From Lama guanicoe (Eukaryota), in assembly GCA_013239625.1 (NCBI GenBank), contig MU054323.1:18184819-18248818 (forward strand): a stretch of DNA of 64,000 bases, given 5' to 3'. The notes beneath the pieces are model-generated. The model did not search any database. It was not told the origin of the DNA and was given only the letters and a program-made list of their open reading frames with translations. Position 1 is the stretch's first letter, and each line of letters starts with the position of its first letter. Shown here in pieces: positions 25,811-38,520 of this stretch. A program made the position numbers and the translations under genes.

Positions 25811-28369
25811 TTTATTTTTTAACATTTTTTATTGATTTATAATCATTTTACAATGTTGTGTCAAATTGCAGTGTAGAGCACAAGTTTTCAGTCATACATG
25901 AACATATGTATATTCATTGTCACATTTTTTTCTCTGTGAGCTATCACAAGATCTTGTATATATTTCCCTGTGCTATGTAGTATAATCTTGTCTATCTATT
26001 CTACATTTTGAAATCCCAGTCTGTTCCTTGCCACCCCCTTGGCAACCACAAGTTTGTATTCTATGTCTATGAGTCTGTTTCTGTTTTGTATTTATGTTTT
26101 GTTTGTTTGTTTGTTTTTAAGATTCCACATGTGAGCAATCTCATATGGTATTTTTCTTTCTCTTTCTGACTGACTTCACTTAGAATGACATTCTCCAGGA
26201 ACATCCATGTTGCTGCAAATGGCGTTATGTTGTCGGTTTTTATGGCTGAATAGTATTCCATTGTATAAATATACCACATCTTCTTTATCCAGTCACCTGT
26301 TGATGGACATTTAGGCTGTTTCCATGTCTTGGCTATTGTAAATAGTGCTGCTATGAACATTGGGGTGCAAGTGTCATTTTGGATATATGCCCGGGAGTGG
26401 GATTCCTGGATCATACAGTAAGTCTATTCCTAGTCTTTTGAGGAATCTCCATACTGTTTTTCCACAGTGGCTGTACCAAACTGCATTCCCACCAGCAGTG
26501 TAGGAGGGTTCCCTTTTCTCCACAGCCTCTCCGGCATTTGTCACTTATGGAATTTTGAATGATGGCCGTTCTGACTGGTGTGAGATGATACCTCATTGTA
26601 GTTTTGATTTACATTTCTCTGATAATTAGTGATACTGAACATTTTTTTCATGTGCCTATTGATCATTTGTTTGTCTTCCTTGGAGAATTGCTTGTTTAGG
26701 TCTTCTGCCCAATTTTGGATTGGGTTTTTTTTTTCTTATTCAGTTGTATGAGCTGCTTATATATCCTGGAGATCAAGCCTTTGTCAATTTCATTTGCAAA
26801 ACTCTTCTCCCAATCTGCAGGTTGTCATTTTGTTTTACTTATGGTTTCCTTTGCTGTGCAGAAGCTTGTAAGTTTCATTAGGTCCCATTTGTTTGTTCTT
26901 GCTTTTATTTCTATTGCTTGGGTAGACTGCCCTGGGAGAACTTTTTTGAGATGTATGTCAGATAATGGTTTGCCTATATTTTGTTCAAGGATGTTTATTG
27001 TATCTTGTCTTATGTTTAAGTCTTTGATCCATTTTGAGTTTATTTTTGTGTATGGTGTAAGGGAGTGTTCTAGTTTCATTGATTTACATGCTGCTGTCCA
27101 GTTTTCCCAACACCATTTGCTGAAGAGACTGTCTTTATTCCACTGTATATTCTTGCCTCCTTTGTCGAAGATGAGTTGACCAAAAGTTTGTGGGTTCATT
27201 TCTGGGCTCTCTGTTGTGTTCCATTGGTCCATATGTCTGTTTTTGTACCAATACCATGCTGTCTTGAGTACTGTAGCTCTATAGTATTGTCTGAAGTCTG
27301 GGAGAGTTAATCCTCCAGCCTCTTTCTTTTTCTTTAGTAATGCTTTGGCAATTCTAGGTCTTTGATGATTCCATATAAATTTTATTATGATTTGTTCTAG
27401 TTCTGTGAAATATGTCCTGGGTAATTTGATAGGGAGTGCATTAAATCTGTAGATTGCCTTGGGCAGTGTGACCACTTTAACAATATTGATTCTTCCAATC
27501 CAAGGGCATGGGATATCTTTCCATTTTTTTAAGTCTTCTTTAATTTCCTTCATCAATGGTTTATAGTTTCTGTGTATTAAACTTTCACCTCCTTGGTTAG
27601 ATTTATTCCTAGGTATTTTATTACTTTGGGTGCTGTTTTAAAGAGGATTGTTTCTTTGCTTTCTTTTTCTGTTGATTCATCGTTAGTGTAAAGAAATGCA
27701 ACTGATTTTTGAACATTAATCTTGTAACCTGCTACCTTGCTGAATTCTTCAATCAGCTCTAGTAGTTTTTGTGTGGACCTTTTAGGGTTTTCTATATATA
27801 CTATCATGTCGTTGGCATATAGTGACACTTTTACCTCTTCTTTTCCAGTTTGGATCCCTTTTATTTCTCTCTCTTGCCTGATTGCTGTGGCTAGGACATC
27901 CAAGACTATGTTGGATAGGAGTGGTGATAGTGGGCAGCCTTGTCTTGTCCCATATTTTAGTGGGAAGCTTTTGAGTTGTTCACCGTTGAGTACTATGCTG
28001 GCTGTAGGTTTGTCATAGATAGCTTTTGTGATGTTGAGATATGTTCCCCCTATACCTACTTTGGTGAGAGTGTTTTTTATCATAAATGAGTGTTGAATTT
28101 TATCAAATGCTTTTTCTGCATCGATTGAGATGATCAGGCGGTTTTTGTCCTTTTTCTTGTTGATATGATGTATTATATTGATTGATTTGCATATGTTGAA
28201 CCACCCTTGTGTCCCTGGGATGAACCCCACTTGGTCATGATGTATAATTTTTTTATGTGTTGTTGGATTCTATTTGCTAATATTTTGGTGAGGATTTTTG
28301 CATCTATGTTCATCAGTGATATTGGCCTATAATTCTCTTTTTTGGTAGTGTCTTTGCCTGGTTTTGGTC
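25811..28369 (-). mobile_element. Relatively young 5'-truncated L1 (~2.56 kb) with broken ORF2 (reverse transcriptase and C-terminal region)
   Basis: ORFs 27577-28230 ([46 protein letters not shown]), 26825-27556, 26411-26596 and 26067-26414 are L1 ORF2 pieces. A-rich tail at the low end. Target-site duplication ttaagaactcttttt (from 25794) / ttaagagctcttttt (from 28370). Confidence 0.97.
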
Positions 28370-28884
28370 TTAAGAGCTCTTTTTATACTGAGGAAAATAG
28401 TCCTTTGTCATCTACTGCAAATATTCTTTCCAGTTTTTAATTTTTATGTTTATAGTATTTTTCCATATAAATTAAAAAATTTACATGTGTAATTTGAAAT
28501 ACCAATTTATTACTCAAATTTAATGTTTCTTAGAAAATACTTCTTTTGTGATTATTTACAAGTTTGGTTTTAAGGATGTAATTTAATTTCCATTTAAATT
28601 ATTAATTCACTTGAAATACATTTTGTATGGAGTGAGGCAAGGATCTTACATTTGTCTGAAATGAATGTACAGTTATTCCAAATATGCTTTATTAAATAAT
28701 CTAATTTTTCCTCCACTGAGTTAGAATGCCACCAGATTTCCACTTGAGTCTATTTCTGAACTCAAGTCTGTTTAGTTTATCAATCTCTATTTACATGTCC
28801 CAAACTGTTTATATTACTGTGATTTTATAATACATCTAATATACTTAGAAATTTAACATTTATTTTTATATTTTACTACTAAGT

Positions 28885-29310
28885 TGTTAAATATTTTACT
28901 GCTGATTAAAAAAAAAAGGAAGTCCAAAACAAAAGCTAAAATTTGAGTACACCCCTAAGCCAACCACCCATGGCCTTCTGACCAACCTAAACTGTGCTGA
29001 TTTCCCCAGAGTGATAACTCTGACTTTAAACAAAACTGAAGCATTCTTCATGTCAGCATGAGCTTGCTGCTTCCTAGCCAATCAGCTACAAGAAAGTAAC
29101 ATGCAGTGTCACTGCCCTAAAAGGAATGTAAGTTTCCAGTAACCAGTAACAGAAAACAATATACTTCTTCATTCATGCTTTTTAAACTGAGCTGTACTGC
29201 TGAGAGCTGAGCTCCTTACCATTTTGGGTTTTTAAATCACCCTGTTCACCGACTATTTGTTTCTCAGTAAAGTAGTCATCCAGTGACGCTTGCTGCATTT
29301 TCTTTTGACA
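28885..29310 (+). mobile_element. Probable ERV1 solo LTR (MER34/MER39-like)
   Basis: TG...CA ends (tgttaaat ... ttcttttgaca), CCAAT box (agccaatcag), agtaaa near the 3' end. Confidence 0.5.
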
Positions 29311-29574
29311 TCATTACCTGGGAAGAGCTATCATCTCATCATCATTAACCTTTAAAATATCCTGAATTACTCTGTTATATACTTTTCATGCAAATTTAAG
29401 TGTTGTCTACTGACCCTCCCCTTTTCCTAAAAAACTGTTGATATTTTATTGTGATTATATTACATTAGGATTATTTGAGAAGAATTGATGTTATTGAGTT
29501 TTCCTATGCAGGAATAGAACATTTGTATTTATGCAAATCTTCTTTTATATCCCTTTATAAGTCTTTGATTTTTA

Positions 29575-29719
29575 TTTTTAAAAATTTTTTTCAGGGGGCG
29601 GGGGAGATAATTAAGTTTATCTATTTATTTATTACTTTTGGTGGCGGTACTGGGGATTGAACCCAGGACCTCGTGCATGCTAGGCATGTGCTCTACCACT
29701 GAGCTGTACCCTTTCCCAC
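29575..29719 (-). mobile_element. Camelid-type tRNA-derived SINE
   Basis: tactggggattgaacccaggacctcgtgcatgctaggcatgtgctctaccactgagct; perfect 12-bp target-site duplication ctttgattttta at 29563-29574 and 29720-29731. Confidence 0.92.
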
Positions 29720-30121
29720 CTTTGATTTTTAAAACCTTTATTAAAATATAGCAAACAGAGAGAAAAGGAAAATGATCATAAAATTATCACAGAGTTAATA
29801 TACTCACATAACTACCACCAGGTCGATAAATAGAATGGTACCAGCATCTCAGATGTTTCTGTCGTACCTCCTCCCAATGACCACTCTCGTCTTCCTCCAA
29901 AATAATCACTGTCCCAACTCTAGTATTAAAATTGTTTTGCTTGTTCTTGGACTTCAAACAAATGAAATCATACATAACTTTTTTTTAAAGAATTTCTCGC
30001 TTCTTAAATTCAACCTTATGTTCATGAGATTCATCAGATGATTGTAAACAGCTGTAGTTTGTTCAGTTTCATTTCTATATTGTATGCACTGCATAAATGT
30101 AGCACACGTTGTGGAACCATT

Positions 30122-30635
30122 TGTTGACAAAAGTAATCAATAAACAATGAATAGTAAGGATAGAAAAGAGTTTTGAGCCAAACTGAGGACCAGCTGGGAA
30201 GCCCGCTTCCCAGACAACCCTGAAGCACCGCTCAGGAGAAGTATGGCTTCCAGCACAGTTTTATATCTTGTCAGAACAAGGAAGCATTGACAAGTCAGGG
30301 ATACATTTCCTCAAGTTTTCAAGAAGAAAAAATAAAGAAAGAACAGACCAACAGGGACACAGCGAGTCCGTAGGACCTTGGCACCTGGAAAGGGAGTCTT
30401 ATCATCAAGGGAGGGTTAGCATTGGCGTCCCGGGAAGAGAGGCATTTCATCTTTTTTTAACATGGACCTTCTTTACTTATGGTCAATATATCCTTTAATA
30501 ATTAAAGTAGATGTACAATGTATGCTTGATAGGGGCCACAAACAGGCTGTTCTAGTTAGCACAAAATTCAAGTTAACTCATGTATAAGCCAGAGTGACTA
30601 CCCTGTATCTCAGTATGTGAAAATTTCTTTTATCA
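30122..30635 (-). mobile_element. ERV1-class solo LTR (514 bp)
   Basis: TG (tgttgaca) ... CA (tttatca) termini with 4-bp target-site duplication catt (30118-30121, 30636-30639); TATA-like ttttata on + near 30259; interrupts old L1. Confidence 0.8.
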
Positions 30636-31134
30636 CATTGGACTATTGAACGTTGGAGTGTTTCCCAGTTTGGGTTACTTGTATATATGCATACGACTTT
30701 TGGTGCATACTGCACACATTTCTGCTGAGTATTAAGGAGTGAAATTGCTGGACCATGGGATGTACATACTTGTACATTTAGTAAGTGATGCTGAATGATT
30801 TTCCAAAATAATTGAACTCATAGTGCATGCATTTCAGTTACTTATGTCATTACCAACACTTGACATTGTCTTTTCAATTTCAGCCACTCTGGTGGGTTTG
30901 TAGCGGTATTACTGTGGGATGTTAATGTGCGTTTTTCTGGCTGCTAACGTGATAAAGTGTCTTTTATGTTTTGTCTGTTTGTTTTTGGTGAGTTGGATAG
31001 CCTGTTTTGCCAGTGCTGCTTCTACTCTCTTGTCTGTTTTTCTATTAATGTCTCTTTTTTCGTATTTATGCGTAGAAGTTATTGGAGTTTTTAAAGATAT
31101 TATATATATATTTCTTGCTACAGTTATTCCTCTA

Positions 31135-31352
31135 CCCTTAACCCTTGAACAGCTTGGGGGTTGGGGTGCTGACCCTCCACACAGTCGAAAATCTGCACAC
31201 AACTTGTAGTCCACCCTTCGTTTTCATGGTTCCTCTGCACCCACGGATTCAACCCACATGGGTCGTGCAGTACTGCGGTATTTACTGTTGAAAAAAATCC
31301 TTGTAGGAGTGGACCTGTGCAGCTCAAATCTGTGTTTTTCAAGGGTCAACTG
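31135..31352. mobile_element. Tigger2-derived MITE (MER8-like)
   Basis: acccttgaaca ... ttcaagggtcaactg|ta terminal repeats; similar to 11521-11729. Confidence 0.82.
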
Positions 31353-31402
31353 TATTTTAAAATTGGTATTCCAAATTAGATATATTCCTTTTTTGTCCAT
31401 AT

Positions 31403-31636
31403 ATATTTTTATTGAAGTATAGTCAGTTTACAATGTTGTGTCAATTTCTGGTGTACAGCACAAGCTTCAGTCATATGTGAACATGCATATATTCATTTTC
31501 ATATTCTTTTTCACCATAAGTTACTACAAGATACTGAATATAGTTCCCTGTGCTATACAGTATAACCTTGTTTATCTATTTTGTATGTATTAGTATCTGC
31601 AAACCTCAAACTTCCAATTTAGCCCTTCTCACCCCA
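31403..31636 (-). mobile_element. L1 3' end fragment
   Basis: tttttattgaagtatagtcagtttacaatgttgtgtcaatttctggtgtacagc...tagttccctgtgctatacag. Confidence 0.85.
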
Positions 31637-32431
31637 AATTAGATACATTCTACTGTTACATTTTCTAATTTTTTTTCCCAGGGTACCTTTGGATTTTTCT
31701 AAGGGGGAGCAAGACTCCTGAAATCCTTTTTCTCTGATAGTCCCATTAATGTCAAAACCTACTTTCATTTTGCTGTCTTCAGCTCACAGAAGGAAACCTT
31801 TAGAGGTGGTGACTGACATTGATCTTGCTCAAGGCTTATCTTTTTAACACTGCTCTCATCTGGCTGTTGCTTTGACATGAATACTGGTCAGTAGAGACAC
31901 TTTGAAGAGCTGTTGATGTGAATGCTGGCTTATTTGCTGATTCTACCGTAATGAAATTTCCAGCCCCGCACCCAGAAGGCCCCCAGTCACAGAAATGTCA
32001 CTTCAGAACTCTCCTAGAATTACATACATTAGGCTCTGAGACAGATTCATTCTTGAGGGGAGAAAACACCAGGTCCCAGATCCATGATTTGGTGGCACAG
32101 TAAAGATCTTGCTTTTTGTGAATTTTTTTCTCACCTTCTCCGTTTCCACATCAGTGTTCTGACCATGAAAACCCTGAAGTACATTATACTAAATAGTTGG
32201 GTCCTTGATTTGTTCATTTAACCTTACTTTAGTTTCTACCTAGGCTTTTAATCTGATGCCTCAGTTTCTCTGAAACCAGGAATTCACTTTGACTCCTAAT
32301 AGTCTTTCCAGAGCAGCACTGCTTCTGATCCTGTGTCCCCACTGTTGGCTGCCAGGTGCTGGCTGTCCTGGACATCCTAGTTTGCTGCTGTTGTATTTTC
32401 CTGGTGTCATGCACCACTCACTTAGTGGAAC

Positions 32432-32806
32432 TCAGTGGTTCTCAATACTGTACATTAGAATATCTTGGGGGATAAGGTTGCCAGATTGAATAAGGACTCC
32501 TAGTTAAATCTGAATTTCAAAAGAAACAGTAAATAATTTTTTAGTATAAGTATGTCCCAAATGTCACCTGGAACATATTTATACTAAAAATTATTTGTTT
32601 TTTATCTGAAATTCAACTTGAACTGGGCATCCTGTCTTTTTCTTTGTAGAACCTATAACTCTACTTGGTAAAGTTTTGAAAAATTACTATAGGACTTAAC
32701 TCCACGTGTTTTTGATTTAATTGGTCTGTGAGGGTCCTGCACCAAGGGTTTATCTTAAATGTTCATGTGGTGCTTGGTAACATGTGGCCACAGTTAAAAC
32801 CACTGC
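32432..32806. mobile_element. MER5-like MITE interrupted by MER53
   Basis: cagtggttctcaa ... ttaaaaccactg inverted termini. Confidence 0.7.
32472..32655. mobile_element. MER53 palindromic MITE
   Basis: aggttgccagat...gttaaatctgaatttca...ttttttagtataagtatgtccca ... ggaacatatttatactaaaaatta...tgaaattcaacttgaact; long imperfect inverted repeat. Confidence 0.85.
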
Positions 32807-34259
32807 TCTAAACGTTTGGAACTGAAATCTCTCCCAGGAACTTGATTTACCGCAATGGTCCCCCCCGCCCCCCGCCCCAGGCTTTCGACTGACTACTTCT
32901 GGCCTTTCCATCCATCCGTCAATCCATCCATCCATCCAATATGTGAATGCCAACCCTAGGCCAAGTATATGGCCATTGAGGCTTTGGGTTAATTTCCTGA
33001 ACCTCTTTTGTGTGAATAAATATAGCAATTTAGTAAATTTAAGCCCCAGAAGAAGTCAAGAAATATTTCTCTACTCTGGTATATGAGGGGAAAGAAAGTA
33101 AATCATGTCTTCTGTGGGTTTTAAAACCTTCTAACTCATCTTTAATTTCACTTAATCAATTACATAAAGACAATAGTTTATTAAATGTTTCTAATTATAA
33201 GTAGATGAAAAGGAAATGCCCTGTCCTAGATAGATTTACTCCTAAATTCTTACAGGCAGTCTTTGATGCACAGTAATTACCCTTAAAGCACTTTGCCAAT
33301 TAAACACATGTTATTTCTAAGAGATTCTTGTATGCAATGTGTAAGTGATCATTTGTCATCTTGCTAGTGTGAGGAAATTAATCTCCACTTTGAACAATGA
33401 CTTGCTGTCTCATGCCTGCCATGGATATAGTGCTACAGTGTCATTACAACATACACATTTCCTTGGGTGGTGAGCATCTTTCTCAGGGGCTCTTCAAAGA
33501 TTTCTGCAACATTTCCCCCAGAAATATACTTTGTGAATTTTATGATCACAGTGAACAGGTTTTTTCACTTTCTGGCTTATTGCTATAAAAATATTGATGG
33601 ATCTATGAAAGGATTCATAGGAAACTTCAGGTATGCTATGATGCAATGTCAACTTCAACATAATTTTCTGCAATTAATTAGTTGGTTTCCTTGTGAAAAG
33701 GGTTTGTATGCATTTTAGAAAACTTTATTTCAGCTTAGAAAACTTGGTGCTGTTCAGTCCTCTTGAATGCAGGCGTTTATCAAGCATAAGTGTTTGTGGT
33801 TATGAACCTAGTCTCCCTGTTTTCCACATTTTTCCCCATGTGGGAAACTTAGGCTTGATTTTTAATATTTTGACGTGTGGGGTTTTGTAAAAAAAAACAA
33901 AAACCATCATGTAAGAATTACTTTTATTTCGCCCATAGCAGAGGCTTGGTTCTGCAATATGTGTACATACCTACAGTAACAACAGTGATGAATTCATGGA
34001 TTTGCTTTGACTGTCAAGGAGTGAGGTTGTTGCTATTGGTGGAGTTGTACAATATAGAACTATCAGTCTAGCCAAAAATCCGCAAGGCAGAGAATGGAGG
34101 AGAACATTGCAGGAGTAGGTTTCTTTATAGCTTTTACCATTTCTGTCCAGTTCAGTGTTTGGGTTGTTTCCAGAATTGGACCCATGTCCTGACCCTTGTG
34201 TGGGAGTGGGCGCAGCACAGGGGTGCGTGTGCAGCCTCTGGGCTCAGGCTGGTCCCCAT

Positions 34260-34440
34260 GCTGGCTCTGCACTGATGAGCTGTGCGGGCCTCATGCATCA
34301 GGCATCTCAGTAATTCTCAAGGTTTCTTTTGAACTGTGGCGATAATCATCATACCTGACTGATGTGTGTGCTTGTGCGGGTTGGATGAGATAATGCGTGC
34401 CAAGTGCCTAGCAGTGGCCGGTACTTAATAAAGGTGAACT
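34260..34440 (+). mobile_element. MIR SINE
   Basis: ctggctctgcactgatgagctgtg...gatgagataatgcgtgccaagtgcctagcagtggccgg. Confidence 0.65.
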
Positions 34441-34488
34441 ATGGGTATTGTTTTTATAAAAGAGTAACAAAGCAGAAGTTCTGGAGCA

Positions 34489-34704
34489 CAGCTGACCCCT
34501 GAACGACATGGATTTGCCCTCTGTGGGTCCTCTTGTACACGGACTTTTTTTCAGTAGTAAACATGAAAGGACCACACAATCCATGGTTGAGTCAGTGGAT
34601 GCGGAGGAACTTCTGATGTGGAGGGCTGACTAAATGTTATACTTGCATTTTCGACTGCATGGAGGGTGGGCGCCCTGACCCCTGCGTTGTTCAGGGGCTG
34701 ACTG
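34489..34704. mobile_element. Tigger2-derived MITE (MER8-like)
   Basis: cagctgacccctgaac ... gttcaggggctgactg terminal repeats; inverted relative to the other two copies. Confidence 0.8.
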
Positions 34705-35004
34705 CACTATTGCTGGCATCGCGAATAGTATCTGTGCTTGAACCCATCGACCCTCCTCATCCCACTCTCCTTTTCTCACTCTACCTTAAAATGCACCCTG
34801 TCAACGGCCGCTTTCGTGTCTCCACTTTCTTGTACTTCTGTGTTTTTCCTTTGTTTCTTCCCCGTTGTGTCTCGTTGCTTCTGTTCCTTTCTGTTTCTCT
34901 CCCTTTTTTTAAACATAGAGTAGCATTAAGTCATACCTCACGGTGGGTAGACAGCAAACAACCAGCCCCAGCTCTCCAGCTGAGGGCTGTGATGACAGCA
35001 CGTG

Positions 35005-35240
35005 GCGTTTACATGGCGCTCGTTACGTGCCAGGCTCTCTCTGAGGACTCTGCGAATATTAATTCATGTCGTCTTTACAGTTACTCCACGAGACAGGGCT
35101 GTTAGTCTCCCCGTTTTACTCACGAGGGAACTGAGGCTCAGATAAAGTCAGTCCTTCGCCCATGACCACCCAGCTTAGCAGAGTCAGGATTTGAACCCAC
35201 CTAGTCCGGGTCCAGAATTTATGCTCTTAACCCTCACTCT
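35005..35240 (-). mobile_element. MIR SINE
   Basis: acgtgccaggc...ccccgttttactcacgagggaactgaggctcaga...caggatttgaaccca...tgctcttaacc. Confidence 0.85.
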
Positions 35241-37564
35241 GTGGCCCCTCTGGAGGAATGTTAGGGGAGAGGCAATTGAAATACAGTGATGTTAGACTTG
35301 CAAGATTCCCCCCACATAGTGAGAACAGAGCACAGCAGTTTGTCACACATCACAGCAGCTCAAGCACCAGCACTCCCATGACTGAAGCACGTGACCTTCT
35401 GTCTCAAGCTTCCTCTGACGCAAATAAAATGAAGTGCCCTGATTGACTATCTGAGAGGGTCTGGCATTTGTCTATGATTTTTTTTTCCTGTTTCATCCTT
35501 CATCAGTTCTAAAAGGCTCTAATATGGTCCTTGTTCTTCTTGTAGCCATCGTGTGTGTGTGTGTGTGTGTCTTTTAATCCTTTTTTGACACCTGGATGTC
35601 TTTGACATCTGGACTCGGCTTCATATCATCTTCAGAAAGACACAGGCACAGGTTTTCTGATGAATTGAAAAGCCTTTGGGGAAGAATGTATAAAAAAAAC
35701 CTCTATGTTCTGATTTATCAACAGAAAGAGATTAGATAGGAATTTTGAGTTAATCTTTCCTTCAGAATTTATGGAACTGTGGCTTAGTACAAACCCTCAC
35801 TAATGTGTGAAGAATGAGACACCTTCAGCTGTGAAAACACAGATCATCTGTAATCAGTGATACAACCATGATTTTGGCCTCATTTCTTACCGCACTGTCC
35901 CCAAACATGAGCCCCCTCAGATTAATCAGGGGTACAGTTTTATCATCTGCATCCTGGCTTCTTTAACGCTGGGACTTATATGCACATGCTCGGAATCTGC
36001 TGGCCAGGATTTTGAGACAGATGGCCACTTGCATTTTTCCCTTTAGGAAACTTACTTTGTTGTTTGTCTTCTAGTTCTCATGGTAACCAAAGAAGGTTGT
36101 TAACTTTCTTTTTCTCACGAAGTAAAATCAGCAGAGCTGTCAGAACAGGTGCAGCTGTTTAATGGGGGCTTGACCTTTTGTCTAATTTTCTAGTTCATGT
36201 TACTGGATTCTCACTACATTTGTACCTTGTTTTTTGTGATGTATAGTGGGAACAAGAGCACAGAATGAATCCCTTGTTGCATATAGCCTATTTAATAATT
36301 TTTCATTGCTATACAATTTTTTTAAATGCCTTGCAAAATCAGACCTTTGATTAAACAAACAAAAAGGCCAATGTTATCCCTCAATTGAAATGATTTCCTT
36401 TCAATAGATGGGATATGCCTGGGACCATCGTAGATAACCTTTGTATGTTACAGACTTATCATCTCAGAATTTCTGAAACTATTTCATGGTATTCTGTTTT
36501 CAGCCAGTAGATGAGATACGGAAGCGGAGGCACTTAAAAAGGATCTGGCTAAGGTGCCAACCGCGGATTGACTAATCTTTCATTAATCGTGTATTTACGG
36601 TGTGTCTACGGTTATTCCTTGAAATGGGTTGATGCTTCATCTGCCACTGAATGGCCGAGCACGACCCTAGGAAAAGCTGCTCAGAGTTCTGCATATTGAA
36701 GCATGTACGTTGTAGGATCCTGGGAGTCTACACTGACACCTGTAACTCTGGCTCTGAATGAAGGGAAAAAATCAAGAGTTTACAGGCAGATCTCTGGACT
36801 GGATTATATTGTTCCTTGTCTGTGACTACATGATGTGTAGCTGATAAGCATAGAGACTGGGCAAAACTGGGGAATCACAGCTCTTCACAGATGATGAATG
36901 TAGGGCCGCAAGGTAGCTAGTGTTACGGACAATCTTAGAACAAGATGGTCATTTACAGTAAGAGAGAATTCCTGGCACACTCAAGCCCATTTCTGGGCTG
37001 ATAGTTGTTCCCATTCCTGGGTCATCTACCGGAGACATGTCATTTTTGTTGTTGTTCTGGATCATCTTGTAACTTGTTTTGTTGAAAGAATTGTGTTGCA
37101 AGTTTGTGGAGTGAAATCAGATTTATTTTTGTTCCCAAATCAGTTATGGACAGATAAGGCAGGCCAAAACAGCATAAAGAAATCTACTTGTTCTCCATGG
37201 TTGTCAAAAATGCTAACGGTGATGTTGGATGAGCTGTTTCCAAGGTGACTTTGATGAGGCATGAAAAATGTAGTGTATTCTTCTTGCATCTGGGGGATAT
37301 TAGCTAAGGTCTCTTTAGTGATAGGACATTATGTAATCTCTTGTCACAACTTAGAAGGTCTATGATGAGAATGCTGTAGGATTGTTACTCTGGAGTTGTG
37401 CATCCAATCTGGATGGAATTTTTTGACTCCCCTGGTGACCATGTGAACTGCATGGATAGATGTATTGACAGACATGGCCATCATTTTAGGTCACCTTGGG
37501 AGTTTGCCCAACCCAAGTAGATACTTTGAAGATTGTCTTCTGCCTCTTTTTATCAGTGATCATA

Positions 37565-37770
37565 AACTTAAGCTTTGGGGTCAGACTTACATTCAAATTC
37601 TGGTTCTGCCACTTAGTACGTATGTGATTTGGGGCAAGTATTTCTCTAAGATTCCACCTCTCATGTGTAAAAAGGGACAGAAATTTGTGAGGATTTGGGA
37701 TATAATCCAAGAACAGTACATTGGTCTATTGTGTGGTTGATAGCAAGCATTCGATAAATGTTGGCGGAAG
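37565..37770 (+). mobile_element. MIR SINE
   Basis: gctttggggtcagac..ttcaaattctggttctgccacttagt..tgtgatttggggcaagt. Confidence 0.75.
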
Positions 37771-37825
37771 CTCCTAGAATGAAGAGAGTTGGAATTTAGC
37801 TCCTTTGGTCTTCCAGCATGGAAGG

Positions 37826-38283
37826 TGTTGCTGGTGTTCAAGAATAATTTATTCAGACACTTGTTAGAGGTGATAAGGAAGACTTTATTCACAAAGGGGA
37901 CTCCTGCAAGTAGGTGAGAGAGAGAGACTGAGCTCAACTCCGCATAGAATGAAGACAAATGGGGATTTATAGCCACAGGGCAGGGGCAGGGGCAATGGGT
38001 GGGAAAGTTCTAACAGAAAACCTCAAGGCTGGGTGCATTTTAGCTGGTCTGACTCAACAGGAATCTTGCCAAAGGCAGACCAGGGTGATAAGATATTGAG
38101 GGTGGGGAACAGGGAACTTGATCAAATATTGAGGGTTGAGGGGATTTTCACTAAACTGACCCAGCAGGATGTTTCCCCAAACCTAACACAATGTGCCAAG
38201 GACAAAGCCCATGGTCAAGGCCTTGACAAGAAGAGGTTGCCAAGGAGCCTGACTCAAGTGTGGTCAGGGAGAAGGTTTTGTCC
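37826..38283 (-). mobile_element. ERV1 solo LTR (MER31/MER67-like)
   Basis: Minus strand begins ggacaaaaccttctccctgaccacacttgagtcaggctcc; AATAAA (actttattc on +) near the 3' end. Confidence 0.65.
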
Positions 38284-38304
38284 CTGGTATAAGGGACATA
38301 AATA

Positions 38305-38520
38305 CTATGTAAGCCATTTATTGAGTGCCTTATGAGTGTCAGGCACTCAGTAAGTGTTTATTGTTTCATTTAAACTTTATGACAACTCTATAGAGAAGAT
38401 ACTATTAGTGTCTTTCTACCCAGAGAGAAATTGAGGTTCAGAATGATGAAGGGGTTTTACAAGACTACCCAGGTAAACTGGCAAAGCTGGACTCTAAATT
38501 CAGAGTTTTCTGACTCCACA
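38305..38520 (-). mobile_element. MIR SINE
   Basis: ccatttattgagtgccttatgagtgtcaggcact...gaaattgaggttcaga...tctgactcca. Confidence 0.8.

Larger units (their letters stand above)
24990..31120 (-). mobile_element. Ancient L1M (L1MC/ME-like) remnants hosting younger insertions
   Basis: Degenerate L1 motifs at 25.0-25.8 kb, 28.4-28.85 kb, 29.3-29.55 kb, 29.75-30.1 kb and 30.65-31.1 kb (e.g. ggagtgaaattgctggaccat, tttcagccactctggtggg). Probably more than one element. Confidence 0.6.

Noticed and set aside
26067..28230. Reverse-transcriptase ORFs as an active or domesticated gene
   Set aside because: 5'-truncated L1 with stops and frameshifts; the catalytic FADD-type motif reads YAND; no ORF1 or endonuclease.
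29640..29719. tRNA-like A/B boxes (also at ~12.4 and ~19.5 kb)
   Set aside because: Heads of SINEs with A-rich tails and target-site duplications, not tRNA genes.
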